From positions 1 to 32,606 of the forward strand of contig JAQGDQ010001610.1 in NCBI GenBank assembly GCA_030141605.1: a stretch of DNA of 32,606 nucleotides. Reading direction: 5' to 3'. Position numbers and translations under genes: made by a program. The number at the start of each line of letters is the position of its first letter. Within the stretch, counting starts at the first letter, position 1. The notes under the pieces were generated by a model. It was not told the DNA's origin and made no database searches. It worked only from the letters and a program-made list of their open reading frames with translations. Origin of the DNA: Tubiluchus corallicola (lineage: Eukaryota > Animalia > Priapulida). This document shows positions 1 to 10,000 of the stretch, in pieces.

Positions 1-523
1 ATGTTGACTACTAGGTACAAAACTGTAGCTAAAGAATAGTGCTATTGATTTTTTTTTTGGGATATAAAACTGGCAGGCATGTTTTACACCTCAGTACCTG
101 CTCTGCAATCTACAGGTAAACCAGCATGGAGTGCACAGGACAGAATTCTGTCAGTTTTGAAGTTTATTCTACAAGCATGAAGCAACCACCGTTATCATTT
201 ACATTCAATAACAAAGTATAGACTTAATAAAAAATAATGATAATGAACTTCTTCCTTTCTCTTAATTTCTCTCTCTCTCTCTCTCTCTCCATCATCTCCC
301 TCCCTCCATCAGTGTATTGGGAAACGGTTTCCTGTTCAGTGATGCGAGACGAATGTTCAAAGACTGTTGAATTCTGTCTTCAATTCTGTCATTCAAACTT
401 TAATGAGTCCTATTTTCTAGCAAACAATTACTGCAACAGTTTAAGTTTAAGTTTATTTGACTTCCATAAAGTTACAATAAAACCAATAAAAACATTAAAT
501 CATTGTCAATCAATAAAAATAGT
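1..523. repeat. Left arm of a long inverted repeat (partner 1207-1730); may continue past the window edge
   Basis: 1-523 is the reverse complement of 1207-1730 (atgttgactactaggtacaa at 1 vs ttgtacctagtagtcaacat ending at 1730). The ORFs 237..581(+) and 1161..1442(-) share peptide sequence for this reason. Confidence 0.95.
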
Positions 524-957
524 AAGATTAGGGATAGGAAGAAGGAAAAGAGGAGAAGAAACGGCCTCAGTGTATGTTTAATTTACATCGAGGTATATTA
601 AAATAGCATTATAATTGATTGGAGGCCATAAAGTGTTATAAGATGAGATCTGTGTAATTTATTTTTAATAAAATTAATTATTCCCAGATTCTTAGCAATT
701 TTTAAACTGATAGAATTGATATGTGGTTTCCAGTCAAGATTTTCATTAATTGCAACATCTAAGAATTTTATATTTGGAACTCTTTCGATTGCCTGTCCTT
801 CAATGAATAAGTTAATGTCATTCGGGAGCCTCTTATTTATAGAGTGAAATACAATGCATGTTGTTTTAGTTGGATTCAATGACAATTTGTTTGCTTTAAA
901 CCAATCAGCTATTAATGGAAGTTTATTATTTATTTTATATTTGATTTTTGATTGCAT
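515..957 (-). mobile_element. Internally deleted non-LTR retrotransposon (CR1/L2-group) fragment: RT C-terminal piece joined to a 3'UTR piece
   Basis: ORF 598..957 has post-RT LINE motifs (DWFKANKLSLNPTKT, IKFLDVAINENLDWKPHI, LITLY). 515-628 is the reverse complement of 19817-19930, which lies in a LINE-like 3' end with a (TTGA)n tail. Confidence 0.85.
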
Positions 958-1206
958 TTGATTTTTCTAAAGAAGTGGTGCAGTTTGGCAACCAGCTGTT
1001 TGTCCATTGAACGAGCTGACAAAATTTTATTCCGGAAACGTTTAAATGCTTTGGATTTAAACCAGTACTTATATTATAATAGGCAAATGTTGACAAATTT
1101 CATTGTATAATATTATTTTAATTGGAATATTCTGCAAATAAAACTGTAAAGTTGAATATATTACAAGGCGTGTGTACATGTCTGTGCATCACTTCCGCAC
1201 CCTATG

Positions 1207-1730
1207 ACTATTTTTATTGATTGACAATGATTTAATGTTTTTATTGGTTTTATTGTAATCCTTTTATGGAAGTCAAATAAACTTAAACTTAAACTGTTGC
1301 AGTAATTGTTTGCTAGAAAATAGGACTCATTAAAGTTTGAATGACAGAATTGGAGACTGAATTCAATAGTTTTTGAACATTCGTCTCGCATCACTGAACA
1401 GGAAACCGTCTCCCAATAAAACTGATGGAGGGAGGGAGACATGGAGAGAGAGAGAGAGAGAGAAATTAAGAGAAAGGAAGAAGTTCATTATCATTATTTT
1501 TTATTAAGTCTATACTTTGTTATTGAATGTAAATGATAACGGTGGTTGCTTCATGCTTGTAGAATAAACTTCAAAACTGACAGAATTCTGTCCTGTGCAC
1601 TCCATGCTGGTTTACCTGTAGATTGCAGAGCAGGTACTGAGGTGTAAAACATGCCTGCCAGTTTTATATCCCAAAAAAAAAATCAATAGCACTATTCTTT
1701 AGCTACAGTTTTGTACCTAGTAGTCAACAT
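1207..1730. repeat. Right arm of the long inverted repeat
   Basis: Reverse complement of 1-523, with about 10 substitutions/indels, all in the inner half. Confidence 0.95.
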
Positions 1731-3454
1731 CACTATGTAATGTGTTTGTAAAAGACCAGACCATTAGAAAGCAGTGGTGGGAGAGTGGGTGAAAATAAAT
1801 GGCCTTTTGCCATCATAGCAAATATTTGTATTACAGTAGACGTTCTATTGTAAGTCTTTCGAGGGTAAAAGTCAAAAAAGGTAGAGATAATGTTTGGCAT
1901 GTTAGGATGTTGTATGAGATTTAAAGCACAAGAAAACACTCCTCATAACTGAAGCTTAAAAAATTCATCTTAAAGTCTTATATCAATTACATCTTGTCTC
2001 ATTGCGTACAAGGCTTGTGTTAGCAATAACGCTGTATAAAACTTAAAGCAAAAGCCAAGTCTCTCGGGAACTTGAGCTTACTCTAATATTTGAGAAAAAC
2101 TGTCAGAAAGTTCCAGCAATAAAATTGTGATAAAAAGCGTCTTGTGTAATTAGTATAGCCAATGTAAAGTTGCCGCTATTTCACACTTGGGCGCACTCAT
2201 TTTAGACGAAAAATGGCATCATCCAGTTTCCATGCAGTATAAACACTTATTCGGCCAGGTTCTTCAGCAATCGTTTTTTGACTTATACAGTGAACTCTGT
2301 AAGCTAAATAATCTGCCCGGCACCTACTATATGCTTGCAAGTTTACATGCGTATCTGAAAGTCAAAAAAAGTCTGTAAATTAATTACATTTACACAATTA
2401 ATGTGTACTACTTACACATTTTACGATATAATCTTGTGGATTAAAGCTATGTAGCCATTTTAAACTTGGTCATGATTGATCCAATGACTAATCTTACATA
2501 AACACAGTTAAACATGACACTATAGAGTAATGGAACTTCTGAGTGACCTTGCCTTCACAACATCCACGCTGCTCAGCAGTCACCAGCTTACGTCATTTTC
2601 TTCAAAGCGGTGATGTTCGTTTGGTGGCAGATAAAAATATTTAAATTTCTTTTACATTTTTAAGCAAAGCATTCTATGCGCATATATTGTGTGGTGATTT
2701 CAATGCAAAAATGTAATAAATGTTGTTCCATGGTTGGTCCTTCCTTTAAACTCCCATGTAAGGCACAGCTGTTTAACGGTAAATGGAAGTTACTACAGAT
2801 AGAATGAAATAATATGAATACAAGATTTTTATGTTAGATGTTCAATCTGGAAAATTTCTTCAGAAAATTTCATATTTCACGCTGCCTTCAGTTATTTCTT
2901 TCACTGGAGAGGAAGGTCGTACATGCAAATTTAATAGAGATTTTTCTGCTAGTTCAGATAACGAGCCATGCTCCAGTCCAACCTAATAAACCTGATTGAA
3001 ATGGATACAAAACACCAGTTTAACGTGTTGACCAAAAGTTTGTTTATTCTGAAAGACAATTATTAACATTTAGTTTAATTTGCATTGAGTAGAAGAAAAT
3101 TAGTCGCATGATTAAATGTATTGCTATAACTAAGTACTGATATAAAAATTATGTGGACTATATTGAAATTAATTAACAATAACTTACGTTGTTAGAGCCT
3201 TTAACAGTCAGAAAGGAATGAGAACTCCAGGTGGCCTTAAGAACAACAATGTCACAACAATAAATTCGTAAGAAATTCACAGTCATAATGCTCATCACAG
3301 ACAGAAAAATAGAGCAATGGCGGAGAGAACCAAAAGACGGGTAAAATGTCAGACAACTACTATAGCTATAGCTCACGAAAGGCTAAAATGCTAATGTATT
3401 CAAGGATATTAGGTGCTTCAATTTTAAAAGAGTGACTACTGTAAAAAGCTAAAT

Positions 3455-3841
3455 GCCTACTAAATAAACGAACAGGTGGCAGCACCGTGGCAGTAATTGA
3501 GAACTAAATTAAAACCAAAAAAGGGCCCATGCACCCAAGCCTACTAAATAAACGAACAGGTGGCAGCACTGTGGCAGTAATTGAGAACTAAATTAAAACC
3601 AAAAAAGGGCCCATGCACCCAAGCCTACTAAATAAACGAACAGGTGGCAGCACTGTGGCAGTAATTGAGAACTAAATTAAAACCAAAAAAGGGCCCATGC
3701 ACCCAAGCCTACTAAATAAACGAACAGGTGGCAGCACTGTGGCAGTAATTGAGAACTAAATTAAAACCAAAAAAGGGCCCATGCACCCAGTTTGGGTGGT
3801 GTGGGTAAGCCTACTAAATAAACGAACAGGTGGCAGCACTG
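3455..3841. repeat. 84-bp tandem minisatellite, 4 copies plus a partial fifth
   Basis: gcctactaaataaacgaacaggtggcagcac... starts at 3455, 3539, 3623, 3707 and 3809. The fourth copy carries an 18-bp insertion. Confidence 0.95.
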
Positions 3842-4037
3842 AAAACTAAACTGAGATAAATCAGCAAGTGCCTACTTACTGTTGATGAGGCAACTGCTGC
3901 TATTCTTCTTGAAGCAATTTGTAATTGAAAAGGATTTTCAGATAAATAATTCTGTAAACAAAGAGCCTGGAGCTGCATATTAAATCTAAAATTTCTATTT
4001 TGACGTTATTTAATTGATCAAATTTGTGCTTTTTTAG

Positions 4038-4136
4038 GAGCAGCAGCTTTCTTATAAGTGTCTGAGTGACCATAACTACGACAGAAGCTACTGTTCTGAC
4101 TACTTTGAGAACTACAGAAACTGCAAAGCATTTTGG
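4038..4136 (+). CDS. CHCHD7: CHCHD7/COX23 (mitochondrial intermembrane-space twin-CX9C protein), internal coding exon
   Basis: tttttag|GAG...TGG|gtattt; 99 nt, phase 0/0. Translates EQQLSYKCLSDHNYDRSYCSDYFENYRNCKAFW, matching the CHCHD7 pattern CL..NYDR..C..YF..Y.NC..FW. Confidence 0.9.
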
Positions 4137-4495
4137 GTATTTCTTCTTTATATCTTAGTTAAAGTTTGATTTAACATTTTATATGAAGTTTTTAATTCAT
4201 TTGATCTGAATTAATACTTAGTTTGTTAAAGGAAGTATTTCTTCTAGTAATGTCTGCAGCAAAGTGAATAAGCGTGAGAAAAACCAGATGAATAAATGCT
4301 GTTACCAAATGTTATAATGATGACGTAATTCAATATTTATTTTTTCTGTGACCAAAAAACAAACTGCTAGAAAATATTTTTGTCTTCCATAAAATATTTA
4401 AAGAAACAGTTTTCTTGTGTGAGACTGTCGTCGTTATTGTGTTTCTTAATGTGTCTAATTGGTTGCAATAGAAACATTTGTGCATTTGTTTTTAG

Positions 4496-4606
4496 AATAA
4501 AGTTCGAATGGACAGGAAGCGTTCTGGAGTTTATCCACACATTCCTGCTGTAGAGGACAGAGCAAGGGTGCAGGCGGAATATTTTGCCAAACCCGGATTT
4601 AGATAG
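4496..4606 (+). CDS. CHCHD7: CHCHD7/COX23, last coding exon
   Basis: tgtttttag|AAT; NKVRMDRKRSGVYPHIPAVEDRARVQAEYFAKPGFR*. In phase with 4038-4136 and resembles the metazoan CHCHD7 C-terminus (R+..G+.P.+P...ER). Confidence 0.88.
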   Translation, partial: NKVRMDRKRSGVYPHIPAVEDRARVQAEYFAKPGFR

Positions 4607-4928
4607 CATGTCGTGAAAATGAGTTTAATCAAATGACTATCGTTTTCCGTTTTGCATGGCGCAGTCAAGTTGTAAATTAAAGTTCGAGAAAATGGTGGTT
4701 ACTTTAATTTATTGAATAGAATATAGATGGTGCTCAGTGTCTTGCTGGGCGGGCTGCTAATGTGGTTAGTGAATTTGATTTCAGTTCAGTGATGCAAAGA
4801 AACTCGAGGCTGTTAGGTGTAATACATGTATAAGCTGCTGCTGTGATAAAACATATTATGAATGTGAAGGATCCATTGTGTGTTAGTAATATCTTTTCCC
4901 TAACATGTGCTAGGTTTTTGTTACCATA

Positions 4929-5659
4929 GTTTTTACATGTCAAATGTAGACCTGCATTAACTCAAATGTTGATTAAGCTAATTCAAATGTGTCTTGGTAA
5001 CTCAAATGTAGACTTAGGCAGTTCAAATGTGTCTTGGTAACTCAAATGTAGACTTAGGTACTTCAAATGTGTTAACAATGGTTTTCAACAAATCTTGAAC
5101 GTTTTAGTAAGTCCTATGTAGACACATGTCAAGTCAAATGTGACATTGGTATCTCAAATGTGGATAGGTGGTAAAGTTTAAGGATGTTAAATTTAATCTC
5201 TTTTAATCTTAATTTAATAATTGCTCTTAAGACTGTGAAAACAATAACTTTATAGGCCTACTAATAGTTCACTAATATTCTGCAAACTTTACATACCATT
5301 GGAACTGTTAGAGAAAACAATACATTCTTAAAATAAACAATGTTTCTTGAGAGAAACTAATTCATTAATGCAGTGCTAATGCATTACTTAAAAAACAAAT
5401 TAGTGATTCACTGTTCATTGGGAAGTGGGAACCAATTTATTCTTTTCTATCGACGTTACAGTTTATCAAAGAATTTAGTTTGAGGATAAACAACACATTT
5501 TTCAAAGTTATGAAAGAGGTGATGACTATCTTTGGTTTATGTTTTTGTAATTTGCACTTAAATGAGCTAATTACCGATTTATTCAAAGTAATGCATCTAC
5601 ATTTGACTTACCTAAGTCACATTTGAACTTTCCTGTGTCTACATTTGACGTGTAAAACC
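4929..5659. mobile_element. MITE-like non-autonomous DNA transposon flanked by TA
   Basis: Left end gtttttacatgtcaaatgtagac vs right end gtctacatttgacgtgtaaaacc (imperfect inverted repeat). Subterminal tcaaatgt units on the left and acatttga units on the right. TA at 4927-4928 and 5660-5661. Confidence 0.65.
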
Positions 5660-6139
5660 TATATACATAGGAAGATTGTCTCTTGCATAATAAAACTGGT
5701 CTGTTGGCATTTGATCCATCTTTCATTTAATGTGTAATTATGTTCAAGTGCTACTGAAATGTAGTATTAAAAATAAATCCTTTTTAATAGAAAGAATTCT
5801 TATATATTTAAGCATTATGATTATATAATGTTCTTGATTTTGGTTAAAGGAAACAACACACACATGTTACAGACTATTGTTATTATTAATTTGTTACTGT
5901 TTTGATTGGTATTTTTGCAAAAACTAGTAGTGGCTTTGATGAAGCAGCTGTACTGGTCAATGAATAAAATATTACACTGTAGTTGAAAATATGTATTTGT
6001 AAAGTGTTTTTTGCTTCTATATAAATTTGTAATATGCATTCAACAACTAGAATTATTGTGACACCGCCTTGATACCATTTGTTTTCTTTAAATGCGGTTT
6101 TTGCCTCGTCTCTTAACATTTTTTGTACAAATCACTTCA

Positions 6140-6400
6140 AAAAAAGCTATTAGCCATTAAGGGTAAGAAACTACAGCAGAAAGGTGGGAATATAGGATGA
6201 ATGCGTTCAATGAGTAGAATTTTGTCAGCAACCGGAGGAACACATTAACATTCTTAAAGCTGATGAGATTGTAGTTAATAAAGAAATAGTTTTCGGGCAA
6301 AGAATTCCAGAGAAAAGAGGCTCAAGTGAAAAACCTCGGCTGACTGAAAAAATTCATGCTTGTACCAGATGAATGCAAACGAACTTTGTTTACACTTAAC
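6140..6400 (-). mobile_element. Degenerate LINE RT C-terminal/3' remnant
   Basis: Minus strand reads ...PRFFT*ASFLWNSLPENYFFINYNLISFKNVN, resembling the LWNSLP...Y+L..FK..+N terminal motif of CR1/L2-group ORF2. Boundaries approximate. Confidence 0.45.
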
Positions 6401-6928
6401 GTTTTACTCTATTTCAACCATTTGTGTGAGCAGGACTGATGATGAGCAGAATTGTTGCCACATAATTTCAGCATCTTCATCCTTAGAAACTTCCAATTAG
6501 AATACTTTCAAGTATCTACTAAATAGCATCAAAAGCTTTAGATGTGGTGCACAGTATTACAAGAGCAATCAGTAGATGTGATAAATACGTAATTAACTCT
6601 AATTTACTTAATATTACAGGATTGTTTATGTGGCAGCATAGCCTGCACTAGCCAGTGAACGGATGCAATACTACTAAAATTAACAGTACAGTTTCTAACT
6701 TTTTATGTCAATGATTATTATAGTTTATCGGCACTAGATTTCTTAGAAGTCAATTTAGAAATAAAACTGTAAAAGCAGTTGGTCAAAACATGCGAGCGGT
6801 GCGCCGGAATGTTTGAAAATTACTATTAATTTTTTTGACACGTGCACATAAAATAGATTTTTAGTTTTACATGTTTATAAATTATAAAAAAGTCTGTTTC
6901 AATATCTTAATGATTGTTCAGTAGCGCA

Positions 6929-7006
6929 ATGGAATATTTTAAGTCAAGCATAAAAACTGTGTTAGGTGCACAGTCAGAACAGGGGCAACCCACCGGTGCT
7001 GAAACG
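6929..7006 (+). CDS. USO1: USO1 coding exon 1
   Basis: ATG at 6929; MEYFKSSIKTVLGAQSEQGQPTGAET|gtaaac. Resembles the invertebrate p115 N-terminus ending in AET. Confidence 0.9.
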
Positions 7007-10000
7007 GTAAACTATTTTCTAGACATAGACATAGAACATTTATTTTCTCCATTTGTTTGACATGACAAGCTTTTTTAAATATTACTTAATTATAGTAGTG
7101 GAGCAGGGCAGGGAAGGACCATAGGGTCATCTAGTCTCCTGCCCTGTCTTATAATTAAATTAGTATATTAAAAGTAAATGGTGAGACTGCGGATAACAAA
7201 ATCAAATAGGAAAAAATAATAATAAACAGTATAAATGAAAACAGTATAAGTGAAAACAAAAAAATAATAAAGTTAGATGACACCTAAATCTAAACAAAAC
7301 AATACAATTAATACAAGTAATTATGATTATTATATATATTTTCAAATGGGGGCCTTATTGACAGGGGATTTTGACTGTATGGAGAGATAAAATAAGTATC
7401 AAAAAAGTGTAATATAGAAAATTTAAGAGAAAAAGTAAGTATAAGAAAGAGCAACAATTACTTAGGAGATGAGAAAAAAAAACACTTGATAGCTTGCTTA
7501 TTAGTCTTACAAGTTATGTATTACAGGTATATTCATTTAGTAAGAATTTTGTGTATTTTTTGGAAGCAGAAAATAAGCTACCTCCAAAGGTATCTTTTGG
7601 CAATGAGTTCCATAATTTAACTCCTCGTGATTTTAAGCTATTGAAACCATGTCGGGTAAAAAATCTCTCCACAAAATACTGTTCATTAGAAGCAGCTCTT
7701 GTGGAGTAGGAATGTATACCAGAAACATTAGTGAAATATTCACTAAAAAGTTCGGGTAATAAACCAGCATTGAATTTATACATAAATTTGAACAACTCAA
7801 GATTGTAAGTATCTTTTGCTTTTAAAATTTCTAATTTTACGAACGATGGTGTAGCATGATCATATTTGCGAGCAAAAGTTATTAGTTTTACTATTTTGTT
7901 TTGTTGTGTCTGTATTAATTTTTGAATTGATGCAAAAGCCGTACCCCATGTTAAGATGGAATATTGTAAATAATTGAAAACTAACGAATTATATAGAAGT
8001 TTCAGAATATATTGGTCAACGTAGTGCCTTACTTTTAAAATTATTCCAGTAATTCGACTTAATTTGTATGTTATGTGTTTTATATGTGGTTCCCATGTTA
8101 ATTTATTATCAATGAGTACGCCCAAGTATTTGATGTTGTCTGTTTCTTCAATTTTGTGTTTGTTTATTATAATATGAAATTTTGGATTATTAGCATTGTT
8201 AATTTGCTTATTGTTGATTATCATAAATTTGGTTTTTTTGTAGTTAATTGATAGCTGGTTTGCCCTCATCCACAGGTCTATTTTTTTCATTTCGTCATTA
8301 ACAGATTTTTTGCAGATTATTTATATTGGAGTCAGACATGAACAAATTAGTGTCATCGGCAAATATTCGGGTTCGAAAGTTGCTGCATGTGGGAAGATCG
8401 TTAATATAAATTAAGAATAGAAGAGGTCCTAAATTAGAGCCTTGTGACACTCCACACGATATGTGTTTATAGTCTGATGATACATTGTTAATAGATATGA
8501 ATTGTTTTCTGTTAGTTAGATATGACTGAATTAGTTGCAAAGGTAGACCTCTGATGCCATAATGGTTTAATTTGGCTATTAGTATACTATGCTGTACGGT
8601 ATCAAAAGCTTTTGATAAGTCTAAAAATATTCCGCAATTCAGTAATTTTTTGTCAGTGTCTAGAGAGATTGTGTCAATTAATTCGGATACAGCAAGGGCA
8701 GTTGAATAATTTTTTCTGAAACCAAACTGGTATTTACTTAGGATATTACTTTTCACAACAAACTGGTATAATCTCTTGTAAATTAGCCTCTCAAAAACTT
8801 TTGATACTGGTGATGAGAGAGATATTGGTCTGTAATTGCCAGGTTCATGTGGAGAGCCAGTTTTATATAAAGGAATAACTTTTGCTATTTTTAATATATT
8901 TGGAAAAGTTCCAGCATTAACCGATTTATTAAACAGTAATGTGAGTATTGGTGAAATTATTTGACTTGCAGATTTAAAAAAAGATATTGGTATATTTTGT
9001 GGTCCTGGTGATTTGTTTGAATTAAGTGTGTTTAAAAGTGTGCATGTTTCATTTTCAGTAATAGGATTAATGAAAAAAGAATTTGGGTTAGGGTTTTTTA
9101 AAAAGTCAGTAAAATTAACGTTAGGTTTAGGTATTTTGGCAGCCATGTCAGGGCCTATATTTACAAAAAACTCATTTAGTTTACTGGCAATATCATATGT
9201 ATCTGTATAGTCCACATTATTTATTGTTAACTTACTTGGTGTTTGTCGTGTTTTTGGATCAGTTTTTATAATACTGTTTATTGTTTCCCAAGTTTTTTTC
9301 ATGTTATTCTTGTGTTTTTGCAATGTTTCAGTGTAATATTGTTTTTTTGATGATTCTTTGACATGATTTAATTTATTTGAGTAGGATTTGTAGTAGATTT
9401 GTTTGTATAAATTATTTGAGAGTTTGTGTGATTTGTAAAGACGTGATCTGGTTTTAATACTATTAAAAATTCCTTTAGTGATCCATGGTTTTTGAAATGT
9501 AATAGTGTCTTTCCTAGACAGAGTTTGCAAAGGAAAATGATTATTAAAGCTCTAGCAAATAGTCACAGACTTAAAATTAATTTTACTAATTTCGGCCGCA
9601 GCGTCACTTTTCCAATTTAAGTGGTTAATTTCGATTTTTTGACTATCTCTCAGTATAGCCGATTATTTTCATTTGGCCTGTTCTGACATTATATAACGTT
9701 ATAGTCAGATCCTACCAAATTTTGTCAATCAAGAAATGCAAATAGCATATTTTAGAACAGCATGTAGAGGCATTTTCTGCATTGTACAGCATTTTGTTTT
9801 TCATTTTCTGAATCCTTTGATCATAGCTTGGAATACCGAGCTTGTAACAGGTGTTAGGGCTGTCATGTTTACACGTGAAAAGTTTCATCACTCTACCTCT
9901 TTATTATTATTAATTTTTATAAATCATTAAATGATAAATGTGCGCTTACAAACAAAATCCGTCCGTAAGCTGGCATAGTTAAAACTATGTCTATGTTATG

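Noticed and set aside
237-581. ORF 237..581(+) and its twin 1161..1442(-) as duplicated genes
   Set aside because: They share sequence only because of the inverted repeat, run through a (CT)n microsatellite, and indels change their ends. No recognisable domain.
3455-3841. CRISPR-like array (also considered for 14107-15389, 28507-28965 and 32234-32606)
   Set aside because: Units repeat head-to-tail with no unique spacers, there are no cas genes, and the context is a spliceosomal eukaryotic gene.
4367-4609. 80-aa minus-strand ORF
   Set aside because: Antisense shadow of the CHCHD7 last exon.
7514-9530. RT as a retron, group II intron, DGR or domesticated host gene
   Set aside because: The motifs and the 3'UTR/tail are those of a non-LTR retrotransposon; it is truncated and frameshifted.
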